Assembly: GCF_009914755.1 (NCBI RefSeq)
Contig: NC_060928.1
Direction: 5' to 3' (one strand)
Length of the DNA: 64,000 bases
Origin: the human T2T-CHM13v2.0 reference genome, Homo sapiens
Shown here in pieces: positions 1 through 18,595 of the stretch. The notes under the pieces were generated by a model. That model was given only the letters and a program-made list of their open reading frames with translations. It did no database searches and was not told where the DNA came from. A program made the translations under genes and the position numbers. Each line of letters starts with the position of its first letter. Positions within the stretch are counted from its first letter, which is position 1.

Positions 1-915
1 TGACTTGGTGATATCTTGGAGCAAGAAGACCTCTCAGGCATTGGTAGTGGTAATGTAAAATGGTAAAATCTCATTGGAAAAAGCTCTAGATGCTTCTTAT
101 GAAAAATACACTTACCCTATCATACACAATTGCACTTGAAGGTATTTCCTTACCAGAAACAAAAATACTTGCTCACACAAAACTTCTATAAGAGTGTTCA
201 TGACATCTTTATTCATAATCCACAAAACTGGGAACTACCTAAGTGTCTATCAACAGGAATTGATCAACAAATTGTGGTATAGTCTTACAATGAGATACTA
301 CTCATTTCAATGAATTAAAAAGGAAGAAACTACTAGTATAACAATAATATAGGTAAATCTGAAAGATATTATGGTGAGTGAAAGACACCTTAACCAAATG
401 AATACCTTATGTATAATTACGTGTATTAATATATTAAATTTTAGAACAGGTAAACCTAATTTTCAGTGGGAAAAATAATGATAATGGTTGTCTCTGGAAT
501 GAAATGGGTTAAAAGTTAAAGACTGATGTGAACATTTGTTCATATTTTATACAATGATGAAGATCTGGATTAAAGTATATGCACCTGACAAAAATAAAAT
601 AATGTAAAAGAAAGATTTGTGTATTTCATGTAATGTAAAGTTTGTTTAAATACCTATAAATAAATATTGAACTATATTTTTAAATATATATGCTGAACTT
701 AAGGTGGAATTGAACTGCTATCAGCAATTTTCTTTGAAATACAACACAAACTGTATTCATTGATAGAAGTTTGGGTAGATGAATAGATACGTGAAGAAAC
801 AAGTATAGTAAAATGCAAAGGTTTATTCTAGGTGCTAAATATGACAGTGACCAGAGTAAAACCTTTTAAACTTTGCTATAGGTTTAGTTTTTAAAACAAA
901 GTATTAAAGAAAAAT
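1..915 (+). mobile_element. Old LINE-1 (L1MC/L1ME-type) ORF2 end and 3'UTR remnant
   Basis: Degenerate L1 3' motifs (ttattcataatc...aaactgggaactacctaagtgtctatcaacagg; attgtggtatagtc..acaatgagatactactca) with an A-rich end; boundaries approximate. Confidence 0.7.
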
Positions 916-3699
916 AGAGTGAAAATATGACGAACTGACAATCATTTAAAACAATTGAGTTTTAAAGCTTAGCACCAAATGAGTAAAAGAGTAATAAAAT
1001 TGGACAACAGCAGCAACCACTTTAGTGGTTAATGCTCTTCTTCCCTTATTAACTTAAAATATTTATTTTCTTTCAGAAAGAAGATTCAAACTGAAACTAC
1101 ATTAGGCAATTCTTTGTATACAGTTTTGCCCTTGGTAAATATGTGGCCAACAGAAAAACTAATTTTGTTTTTCTGTTTCAGAAGAAGGGATGTTTTATTA
1201 TAAGCATCTTTTCAAAGACACCTACTGACCAAGAATAATATTGATAGTGAGAAGGAAAAGAAAAAGGTAACAGCCTGGAATAATCAATAAATACACATGA
1301 AGCCCATAGAGAAACACATGATAGAAACACCCATTTATGCCTATTATTTAGTTATAAAGAAGTTACATACTTTACTTTCTCTTATGTAATTTGGAGCCCA
1401 CTTTGCTCAATATCTGAATTGTATGAAGTGATAATATTGATTCCCAGTAATTCTAAAAAATAGGAAAGCACATTCTCCAAGCAAACTTCTAACCATGAAA
1501 TAGCCAGAAAAGGCTCCATCTCTTCCCTCATTGCTACATATAATAAGGCCTTTGCCACATATAGGCAATAAAAATTACAAAATTGATAATTTATTAACTC
1601 ATTTTTCTAAACATGTATCCAAAGTCCATTTTTGTGACAGTAAATAATCTCTACCGCTGCTATTAATATGTTCATTACAATACAAATAAATGGACATTTA
1701 TTAAGTAATTAATATGTGATCGATACAGCAACACATTTTCTATTCCTTTCCTCCATAGAGTGAAAGACAAATGTAGAAATAAAAATAATTAGAAAATAAT
1801 CAATTTTAAAAAATGGAGCTGGCCACACATGCAGAGACATTGCAAACTAAAAATTATGAATTCTAGTGTGAAGAAATAGTGACATCATCATAGAAAAAAT
1901 GGGAACTTAGCTAAGCTTTACTAATAGCATTTGGCAGAAAAATATATAAAAGAGAATGTAGTACAAAATTTAAAATAGTCTTCCAAAAAGAAGAAAGGAA
2001 AGAGAGAAGGCAGAGAAAAATATGTTTCCTAGAAAGAGAAAGGAAGGTGAATTTATTTCACAAGCTTCTGAAGTTGACCATATATTAGATTAGTGATTAA
2101 AAAAATAAAAATTAAATTTATCCTTTTTAACTCTCTCTAAACACCCTAGCCACATACTTGTACACACAAATCCCCTTATTACATTTGTGAAAAGCAATTT
2201 TAAAGCATCTCAATGTTGTATCTTGATGGCTTTTTAAAACTTTAAAAAATATAAGACACTATTTCAAAGCATGTTGTATCATATATACTAAGTGATGTTT
2301 GATGCATTTAAATTATAAATATTTTATTACGCAATTTAATTATTTTTTTTCCAAAAAATAAGTAATGGTGTTGGAAAATGACAAATCATTACAGTTGTTT
2401 ACCTACTTACATATCGCTAAACACTAAAACATGCAAGTAATTTCAAAATTAAATTACGCTTGACAAGATTAAAAATCTACATATAACTGAAGACTTTTAA
2501 AACACAATATTTTGATATATTCTTAAGTATACCTACAGAAAAGTGGTATTAGTACTTTCAATATAAAGGTAATTCGTTGATGTTTAGAAAAATTTTACAT
2601 GTATATACTTGTTATAGATTTGCAATGGAATGATTTTGGATATGTAAAAAGCTGAGAACTTTCATTATATTGTTGGGTAATTTTGCCCTGGAAGTAAAGC
2701 TCAATTCTGCTGATGTAAGTGGAAATACTCTTTTCAATGTTTAAGATTAAAACACTTTTGTGTAACTTAAGAAAAAAAACTTTTTATTAATAAATTTCCT
2801 TTATTTAATGTATATTTTATCTGAGGCTCCAAATATTCAGTTGATGTTTATAACTAGAAAATAATTATTTGTACTTTGCCTTCAATGCAGCAAGTACTGA
2901 GTGGGAATTAAAATTATGTAAATATTTAATTAATCTATTTGTTATTTCTACCTTTGTTTATTAAATGGGCTCTGAGATCTTACAAAAGTGTTTAAACAAA
3001 TCAAAACAAACATATGCCCACACAATAACAAAATGTGTAAAACGTATTTCTTACAACGTTTGGTACAGTGTACGGTACATCATTCAGTGAAGAGTCCAAG
3101 TTAATGGCTGTCTTATTAGCTCTTTCTATATCTTTTTATGTGCCTTTAAAATCTTGATGCCTTTTTAGTTTAGTCCAGCACTTCAAAAGCACTATAGTCA
3201 TCATAGAATATCTTAAAAACATGTTACCATTTAGCGCAAAATGTAGTGGCTATCACTCAGAAATAATGAAAAAGCCTAGTAAATCTTTTGGGATCTTATT
3301 CTCATGGTTTACATTTCCAATGAAAATAGGTCCCAAATTCTCAAAAGAATACCTGTAAAGACACCAGGAAGGAAAAGTCAAAACACCACTAACCTTTGTC
3401 ATGCATGCCTAAAAGAGGATATGATAATTCCTGATTTTTGTTATTTTTTTCTTTGTTTCTCATTTGGTAATTAAACCAGTATCACTTATTTTTGGATTTT
3501 GTTATGAAAGCCTCACATTCTTGTCACTAATTTCAGTTTTAGTTAGCCTAAATGTCAAGCTTCTAGAGCCAAGAAGATTCCTAAATACTCAAAGACTAAA
3601 AACATGCTTGTTTAAATTAAAATAATAATAACAATGAAGAACATTAATAGAAGAAATGTATTATATTGTTCTTATAATATATTTATTACATTAAAATCA

Positions 3700-4020
3700 T
3701 TACTTATTTCTTTGGCTTTACTGCAGAGCATATAGCCAAAGGAAAAAAATTTAAAATATGACAGAAAAAATAATAGACATATAGATTGACAATGTGAAAT
3801 ATCTACGAGTCCTAGGATGTTAGACTTCAGAAAATAGATGTCTGAAATTATCCAAAATAATAATAGTAATAATAATAATAATGGTAGAAAAGAGTACCAG
3901 TCTTTAGATTAAAAATTCCCAGAAAGCCAAAATATTCAGTGAAAGAGAAGCATAATTAATATCTTCTTGATATGCACAATAATGAGGATAAAGAAAATAT
4001 CAAACAAATCTTCTAAAAGT
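3700..4020 (+). mobile_element. Possible ancient L1 ORF1-region remnant
   Basis: A-rich strand bias and weak similarity to old L1M ORF1 sequence; highly diverged. Confidence 0.35.
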
Positions 4021-4057
4021 AAATAATAATAATAATGGTAATAACAATGGCAATGTA

Positions 4058-4121
4058 AGCAAATGGTTTGCTAAGCCCTTTCTCTATGCAGGAAAGCATT
4101 CAGCTTAGCAAACCATTTGCT
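4058..4121. repeat. Perfect 19-bp inverted repeat with 26-bp spacer
   Basis: agcaaatggtttgctaagc (4058-4076) is the exact reverse complement of gcttagcaaaccatttgct (4103-4121). Confidence 0.95.
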
Positions 4122-4339
4122 AGATAGGCTCAATTCAAGTAAAAACAGGAGATCATATGTTGCATCAAGTTGAAATACATCAATGCATATTTCCCAAAAA
4201 CAAAATTGACATTTTGGTTTCCAGCTAATTCCTACATTCGCTTATGCAAAGTTTCAGAACTAGGAAAGCGGAGGGATAATTAAATGGGAATTTTAAATCC
4301 TATAACATAGATTTGTATTTTGCGTTGTGATTTAAGGTA

Positions 4340-4590
4340 ATGGTTATATGTATGGACTATTGAGTCAGCCTTCTTGGACATGAATTCTGGCCCTGCCACA
4401 GATCGGTTCTGTCTGTTCAACTCATTACTCTGCTTGACGCTGGTTTGCTCATGTGAAACATGGAAATTATGAGTACTTAGCATATAGGTTTTCTGTGAGT
4501 ATTAAATAAGATATTGTAAAGAAAACTCTTAAAACAGTCTTGGGGTCTGGAGGGTTCTATATACATTAATCAATACTTTTTATTACATTA
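4340..4590 (+). mobile_element. MIR SINE
   Basis: Matches the MIR core: gaattctggccctgccac...ctggtttgctcatgtgaaacatggaaattat...ggttttctgtgagtattaaataaga...aaaacagtcttgg. Confidence 0.7.
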
Positions 4591-5334
4591 ACCAGAAATT
4601 GAAACTCAATTGCTTGGAAGTCTTCTATAATCATCTCTATATCACTATAATGATAAAGTTTAGGTTCATCAGGTGAAGGAAGACTGAAGCCTGTCACACA
4701 TAGTAGATTCAATGTTGGTGGCATCTAGTAGATTCAAAAATAGAAATCTAAGAGAGAGTAACTAAATTATTAGTTTTGCAGTCTTCCTCTTTTTACATTT
4801 CATCAAAGAGGGACATAATCCTTCTTTCCTGAAGATAAGTGACTTAATGGAAGGAGTAGATGGGTGTGTGGCAGACAGTGATAATTTCTTCTAAATATAC
4901 TGACTTGGGAGACTGAGAAGAAGGCAATTGTCTGACATATTCATCAGAACCTGTTTTCTACCACTAGAAAAATGTTTCCTGATCTTCCAAATCATTATTC
5001 CATATCAGTTTTCTTGGGTTCATTCTTGCTTATTTCATTTTACCTTATGTCAGGGAGTGATTTTATCAGCTAAAATTTAAAGAATTGGCTAACAAAATCA
5101 TTTTCAGATATATTTCTATTAATCACCCTCAAATACCTTCATCAGTAAGTAGATGAATTGAGGCCAAGATATCTTATTTTGAGAGAGAAATTTTAAACAG
5201 ATCCTTCATTATAACAAAGCAAACATCAATGGCATCTCATGGTATCACTGGAGGAACATTTATAATCATGCATTTTTCACAACCATTCTCACATATTATG
5301 ATGTTACTTGTAATGTTTACAATTATGAATTTGT

Positions 5335-5860
5335 GTATGAAGTTGGACTTTTCTGTTTGCTGGTGACAGATGGCCAATTTGAACTCTAATAATGGGAGGT
5401 ATTGACTCATGAAACTATTGGCTCATAATTTGAAAGAGAAGCTCAGGGCCAGCATGACACATTATGGTGGCCTTCTGTCCTGATTTGTCACTTAATGTCC
5501 ATTTTATTCCCATTAGGACGTGTTAAATTTATGTTTCAAGAGCCCTCAACACAGATTTTCTGGGTCCCTACACTTAAGAGAGCAAACCACCACGGCACAT
5601 GTATACTTATGTAACAAACCGCACATTCTGCACATGTATCCCAGAACTAAAAGTGAAATTCAAAAAAAAAAAAGAGAGAGATTCAATATAAAAGAGAAAA
5701 GCATGTTGATTGCCTCTAATCTTACAAGAAATTGTTCAATGAATTTCCAAGTAGCCCACTTCAGGTGATATGTCCATGCATTTGATCATTACCTGAGCTA
5801 CAGGTAAGACAGGTCTGCAGAAAGGAAAAGGTAATGCTTGATAAACACATCAGTATATTT
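5335..5860 (-). mobile_element. Diverged MaLR LTR (MLT1K-like), interrupted by a short L1PA 3' end
   Basis: Weak similarity to old MLT1 motifs (ttggacttttctgtttgc..gtgacaga; attggctcataa); boundaries approximate. Confidence 0.4.
5583..5671 (+). mobile_element. Extremely 5'-truncated L1PA 3' terminus (~90 bp) with poly(A)
   Basis: caaaccaccacggcacatgtatacttatgtaacaaaccgcacattctgcacatgtatcccagaactaaaagt followed by an A-run; probable TSD aagagag on both sides. Confidence 0.88.
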
Positions 5861-5984
5861 CCACTATACCTTCCCCAATGTTACTGATTACATCTAATCT
5901 CTATTTACCCACCTCTGTAAGGCATGCTCTTTCCATTTATAATAAGCTTACTCATGATATTTCATTAATGTCTGCCTTTATTAT

Positions 5985-6105
5985 TAATATGTACATGTAC
6001 AAAGGGCAGGCAGGCATCGTGTCTGTTTTGCTCCTTGATGTGGTCCCATTACCTGGCATATTGACAGGTTTATCATTTGCTCTCACATATTAATAATGAA
6101 ATAAC
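5985..6105 (+). mobile_element. L2 3' end remnant
   Basis: gggcaggc..tgtctgttttgctc...cccattacctggcata...aatgaaataa resembles the L2a 3' terminus. Confidence 0.5.
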
Positions 6106-8179
6106 TGTCTTTTTTCATTCAGTTCATACTAAAAGTTCAGATCCCAACTTGTATTATGTATTATTGAATGCATTCTATATCTGGAAATTATAACTTGTTC
6201 TAACAGTGCTTTGCTGAACTACTCTGCTGCTTCTGTTCTTTTCAAAACAATGAAAAATAGTACTTTAAGCCTCATTTTTTTTACCTTGCAAGTGAAAGGG
6301 AATCTCTTGCTACATGTGGAAGCAGCTTACGAAGTACTAATGGAATCTAGCCTCAGTAGCTGCTATCATGTTTAAACTAATTTTCATTGTCAAAAAACTT
6401 GAGTAAAAAGTTAATATATTCCCAAAGCTCATTTGGATTGTCTTGAATACTCTAGATTTTATGACTGGCAAAATCACCTAGGAAAGAAAAATTTCTCCAT
6501 TTAACAGTAGTCATCAGTCATCAGATGCTAAGTATAGTACAGTGTTCCACAATTCAGATTGTTGCCAGGCCAGCCTTACTTCTATTAAGAATATTGGCTG
6601 TGGGGGGAGCAGGGGTTGGGAATGGGAAGGGCAAAGATGACCAGAGTGGAGAGGTGGAGATTTTCTTTTAGTATTTTTTTGGTTATTTTGAAAAAAAAAG
6701 AAAACAAACAAAAACACTGATATCACATGAAAACTTTCTAAAGCCTAGCAAATTAGACAGCTTTTTAAATTTTTTTTTATTTTATTTTTTACATATGTAA
6801 CTGTTTATGGCACAGGGGAAGGGATTCTCTCCATATTAGTGAAGCAAATTCAGTACAGCTTGGTGCTGGTCAATACTCCCTTAGTAGACATTGTCAGGTG
6901 TCACCAGCATTGAACTGGCACTAGCTGCAGTAGCAGCATAGCAGGATGTGAAGGCAACTCTGAACATCTTTAGCCCACTGAAATATTAGCTAGGGGATTT
7001 GCTGGCCTTTAGAGGCCTGGAAAAGTAAATTTTATCAAAGAGAAGCAGAGTCAAAGCAGAGGACAAGGTAAAAGGTGATGCTTCTGTGTTAGCCGTGATC
7101 ATAGGATCACAACCCCTGTGGACCTAAAGGAATAAATAGGACAGAAGCTTTGAAAGAGTCCTCTGGATAGAGACACATAACTTCTCTCAGTTACAGAAAT
7201 TGTGACACTACATTTACATTCAGACTACTATGTCCTAAAATAACAGGGTTCCTTATACAATATGTTTCAATTAGGTCACAGAGTTGTTGTGAAGAGATAT
7301 ATAAAGTTGGACACTGCATCAATTCAAAGGGTAAAACATTCTGCCAAAAGAGAAGATTTATTTACACCTCTCTATTTAGATGTCATGTAGGAAATATAGA
7401 ATAGTAGCTAGTTTCATTTATCTATTCTAAAAGCAGACAGTGGAATACATTTCAAAATGTATATGTCCATTTGGGGAATCTATTACAATTTACCAGGAAG
7501 CAGAAAGACTTGAGGAGAAATTAGAAAATTCCAGACTTCATGAGTCTCTGTAATGTAAAAGTGTTTTAAATAACCAAGCTGTCTTATGTTTGATGTATTT
7601 TCCTTTGGGGCTTGAGTCATAAACATAGATATATGGAGGGAAGAATTTTATATCAAGTTTTAATGAAAGGTTAATCACTTCAGCACCAATAAGTCATTTA
7701 CTAGGAAAGACATTCTAATTCATAACTGTAAGGTTTGATATGTGTTTCCATTTATTAAGATGTAGGGAAAGAAAAAATGAAAATAACCAAACTTTAAATG
7801 TAGCTATTAACTTGCTTGGTGTTTCATGATGCTAATAGATTCCTGTCAAAATAGAAGCTGACTTCAGATGACCTTGGTTGAAGTTGACTAGCACTGAAAT
7901 TTAATTAACTGCTGCATTAGGGTAGTAATGAATACACTTTATTGCAGGTTAGTAATAACCAGAAGAGACAAAGCCCAAGGGTGTAAGTTTTTAAGCATGC
8001 TGCAGAGATAGCAGAGGAGTAAAATTATATGCAAGCAACTTGAAACTTCTTGTAATAAATTACTTCCAATATTATAATGATATAGACAAAAAGCCATTGA
8101 TACTTTAAGGAAAATCTCAGAGCAGCAAGTTGCTGGGGAAAGTTTCTTTACACATATGTAAGAATGTACGACCATTAAT

Positions 8180-11870
<3,691 letters not shown>

Positions 11871-12963
11871 AAAAAATTGGGTTTTCTTTCCTTACTACCA
11901 CCTGAAAGACACACTCTAGCCCTATAAGCGGTTTAACACATTTCTAGATTAATTTCACATTAATATTTGGTAGAGAGTATGATTGGCACAGGTGATATTT
12001 ATAGGTGGTAGAAACAGGATTAAATAGAGTCAGAAAACCAAATTTCTAGATGAAAATTTAGTGTATAATAGAAAGGAAAATTAGTCAGGTTGAGACATTT
12101 AATTTATTTTATTCTCATGTTACCTGAGATAGAAATATAACATGACCTTTTGTTTCTCACTTTTCCTCTAGATTAAAATGGAACTGAAACTTGTAGATTG
12201 TAGCAGTCCTGAGCTTTCAGGACCTTTCCTTCCTATATCCCCTTGGCTTTTGTATGTCAGATTCCTATTATCTCAAGTGTGAAGTATGGCAAAAACGCAC
12301 TTTAATGATTTTCTCAAACCAACCGTCTCTCTTTTTAAGCCATGTATCACCCAGTAATGATTTTCAGCCTGAGCCAGATTTAAAAGTTTCATTCTTCAGT
12401 TATGATCCTTCAAAGCTTGCTGTATTGCATTGTATCAATATTCCTTCATGATCCCATGCCATTTTAGTTTCTCTGTCTTCCACTTCTCATTCATTGCTCA
12501 TAAAACCTTAGATGAAGTACTCTTTCCAAATGTGTCATGAAACTTTTAAATTTCTTTAATTTTAGGAACAAAAAATTATATACATGTCTATGTTTCTTCT
12601 TTTCCTAGAATGCTAAAGAACTCAAATTCAATTGTGTATATTTGAAAAACTATATTTCAAATATGTATATTTGAAAAACTGTAATTTTTAATGAATGAAA
12701 ACAAAATTAGTAAGAAAATAAGTAAACTTTCAAAATAAAAGGCACAAGGTGATTAAAAATTGCTGAAGTTCGTCAGAAATATGAGTTTCAGTTATAAAAT
12801 GTGATGTTTGTTTTGGCAAAGAGAACTAGGGCCTCAGATATACCTGAAAGAGTGTGAAGAGGTTGGTTACTACAGAGTATATTGCAAGTATATGAAAGTA
12901 ATGAGCTTAGTCTTAGAGGCTCTAATAAAACAATTACCTGAAAAGAGCAGTTAGTGAGTAGGT

Positions 12964-13020
12964 AAAAAAAAAAAAAAAAAAAAAAAAGAAGAAGAAGAAG
13001 AAAGAAAGAAAGAAAGAAAA
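12964..13020 (+). repeat. Poly(A) grading into (GAA)n/(GAAA)n microsatellite
   Basis: About 24 A's followed by gaa and gaaa repeats. Confidence 0.9.
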
Positions 13021-13028
13021 GGATTACC

Positions 13029-13484
13029 TGTGAGAAAACATTTTAATTTCTAAATTTTCAAGGCATGATAAATCTAAGTACAGGTAGCCAGCCCGAGGAT
13101 GTAACAAACTGCACAGCTCATGCACCTAGAAGGTCACGATAAGCAAACAGAATGTAGAGGAGGGGGTCAGACAATAAAGAAAGTTTTGTTATTGGGAAAT
13201 TGAACCTTAAGTGGGGAAGGGGACAGGGATACAACCTTATAAGGGAGATAATAAAACTTAGGTGATGTCAGGGAAGATTGTAAACCCATAGTACTCGACC
13301 AATGAGGAACTGGGCGAGGGAGTTATGAGCTAGGAGATAAATTACCTGCTGTAACTGCCCCAGGTGTGCCTGCCTACCAGGCACCCAATCTAGCAAAACC
13401 GCCATTAAAAGTCTCGCTTCCACTGTTCTTTGTGTCTCCAAGTCTACTCTTTGGGTTTGGACAGGTGAATGTATGTTTCTCACA
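13029..13484 (+). mobile_element. Solo endogenous-retrovirus LTR (tentatively LTR47-like, ERVL)
   Basis: TG...CA termini with 9-bp terminal inverted repeat tgtgagaaa/tttctcaca, CCAAT near 13299, ATTAAA poly(A) signal near 13404, 456 bp long; no clear TSD. Confidence 0.8.
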
Positions 13485-13497
13485 TAAGAACAGTTGA

Positions 13498-13680
13498 AGC
13501 AGTACATAGTATTGTGGCTAATATCAGATTGTATAGTCAGAGTGTCTGGATTTTAATCCAGTTTCACACATTTACAAGATATACAACCTTAGGTAAATGT
13601 CTAACATGTCTCTGTGCTCTCATCTGTAAATAAGTAATAGCTTTACCTTTTAGGGTTGTTATAAAGATTAAATGAGAAGA
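13498..13680 (+). mobile_element. MIR SINE
   Basis: aaccttaggtaaatgtctaac..tctctgtgctctcatctgtaaat...agggttgttataaagattaaatgag is the MIR core. Confidence 0.75.
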
Positions 13681-13709
13681 TTTTATTTTGTAAAATAATT
13701 ATTTTCTAA

Positions 13710-15080
<1,371 letters not shown>

Positions 15081-15179
15081 ATATTAAAAATGCAAAAAGC
15101 TATATTAACATGGTAAACATGTTATTTAAAAATGAAGTACAATATTTTAAAATATTTTATATTCTAAAATTTTTGCCTT

Positions 15180-15580
15180 GCTCACTTTTTCCGCCACATT
15201 CACCTCCCTGCCTTAGAGTATTTGGATCCTCTTTCAACAGATCTCCTGATGTTCTCGTTCATTTCATTCATATCTGTTCAAATGACAAATCCTCAGAGTG
15301 TTCTGGCATCATCTCTCCATTTAAAATGGAAGCGTTTCCTACTCTCACCCTCTTCTACTCTGCCTTTATATCTCTACATAGTCCGTATCAATATCTGACA
15401 TCATATTCTGTGTTTAGTTGTTTGTTTTCACTCTGTTTTTACTAGAATACAATTGGGCAAATGACAGTAGATGTTTTGCCTTTGTATTCTTGTTATTCAC
15501 TGATTCAAATCCTTCTACATAGAAAAATGTGGCTTATAAGTTCTCACTAATTATTTGTTCAGTATATGTTGAATAAATAA
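15180..15580 (+). mobile_element. L2 (L2a-like) 3' region
   Basis: Pyrimidine-rich L2 body ending ..attatttgtt...gttgaataaataaa. Confidence 0.65.
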
Positions 15581-16199
15581 AATACTTTAAAAGACATTTC
15601 TATTTTTTCTCACAAGATTTTAAAAAGACCAATGACAAGATTTTTTTGGATGTGCAATCTATATATGAATAAGAGGAATCTAACACCTACAAAGAAAATA
15701 TTTTATTTAATATACATTTTCAATAAGGGACAGAAACTATAGCTTGATTATCACACTTTTAATTTTTTCATATAATTAAGTTATCAAATCACATAGATAT
15801 TTTAGACTATAATTTATACCAGGTAATTCCTTAAATGATTTTACTTAATAGAGTGTTCCGGAAATAAAAATACATTTTATTTTAATCAAGTAATACTTTT
15901 GGATTGTGTAAACAAAAGGAATAGTACCCCTATTCTTTGTTATATCTCTATCTTTGATGGATAACTAATTGGTGCCTTCGCTTCAAATTTGAGCAGAGTT
16001 TCTAATTTGGAACTCAAAGCTAAAGTTAATTCCTAAAATTTTCAAACCAAATTCCTCACTTTTTAAAGAAAATGTTTTTTGTTTTGTTTTGTTTTTGTGA
16101 TTTAGGCCTGAGGGGAGAAAAGCAGCCAAGAGTAAGGTGCAAGAAAGTCACCCTAAGTCTCCTTCCCTATCTATCCTATGGAACAAAAGTCTTAATCTT

Positions 16200-16576
<377 letters not shown>

Positions 16577-16975
16577 TGAAGAAAATCTATTGCAGTTGGG
16601 ACAAGGGAGTAAAATTAGAAAACAGACTACTTTTGGGAGAGAGGCAGGAACAAAATCTGTAGCCAGAAATACAGGACGAACAGGAAGGGCAGGAACACTG
16701 AGGGGATCACTCTCCCTGAGGCCAGGGTCAGAGTGCCTGCCTCAGACTGTGGCTTAATCTGAAAAACAGAATGGATTTTCCATGCCCTCCAGAGTTGGAA
16801 GACATAAAAAAGCCATTGGGTAGGAAGCACTGAGTAACAAGCAAGAGTGGAATATTGCTGGTACAGAGATAGGAATAGGATAAGGATGTCAAAAGGGACA
16901 TTCTCTGAGACACCACAAGAATGGAAAACCTAGAGTGAAAGTGTCACAGCTAAATATGTAAGAAAAAATGCACTA

Positions 16976-17377
<402 letters not shown>

Positions 17378-18595
17378 TTATTTTACATGGCAAAAATATG
17401 TTTTGGGAATGGGACTATCTTATGTATTCAGAGGGTAAGTTTTTATGCCCTGACTCTTCCATCAGAACAGCTTTGGTTACTTTAGCTTTGTGTGTATATG
17501 CAGCGGGTTAAAAACGCTCCCTTGTATTTTCCAGGACTGATGTTTGAGCTACAGTAGTGAAGAGGGAACATCAATATCTAGCATTTAATGTTGCCCTAAG
17601 TTGAAGCAATTCCCATTGACTTCAGCATGATTTTAATTAACGGGAAGATTTGGCCAATTAAGTTCATCTCCTTGTTGGGCAAGTCCACAAACTCCTACCT
17701 GTCACTTGGTACAGGTAGGCTTCACACTCTCACATGTTCAGGCCTCCCTGCTTTCTCAGATTTGGGCACTGGATAGAAGTCATTAAAACAAAAACTTTGT
17801 AGTGGATAAGAAAGTATATTATTCAAGAAAAGACTTAGAGGTGTTACATGGGTATTTTAGAAATACCTAGTTGGTATATTAAATTCAATATCATTGAATG
17901 TTGATGATATAGTTTTCACTTATAGCATTTTGCTATTGTACACTCTTAGCTTTCCTAAGAACAACAACGTATGTTATTAAACACCTGTAGGAAAACTATG
18001 CAACTTTTGGAATTGTAATGTTTTATTCTTTGGTGTTTACTTAAATATTTTATATGAATGTAGTTAGCTATAGTTTAATTTGTATTTGGCACTATAAATA
18101 TATATAGCTAATTATGTAAATTACATCACATACATTTGAAATATAATAATGTTTAAATACGAAATAAGAACTTTGTTAATTTAAGAAAATAATGGCTTTT
18201 TCTGTGACTATCAATATTAATATTTCAAAAATAAAATTCAAATTTACTTGTTATCCAAAATTCATCAGGATTGTAATCTATTTTTCAGCATGCCTGATAA
18301 TATAAACACATAAAACATAACTAAAAAATTACTAAGAATATATCCCACTGAAGTTTATAGGAATTTTTCTATTAATAATGAAGTACATGCAACATAAAGA
18401 AAAACATTCTGCTGTCTCATTATTCTTTCATCTGGAAACAGGAAACTGTTAAAAGTAGAAAAGATTCCAATAGAATCCATGATTCATATTATATATGAGA
18501 ATGGTTGTCCATATATTAATTCAAGCACCTAATTAATAAATTCTATATCAGACTCAGGAATTGTCACGGGTCCCATAGAAATTTCAGATTATGGC

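Noticed and set aside
1061-1140. Second candidate exon 1077-1134
   Set aside because: Weaker donor, and the intron to the next candidate would be only ~47 nt, too short for typical human splicing.
4701-4737. 12-bp direct repeat tagtagattcaa x2
   Set aside because: Short local slippage duplication with no further structure.
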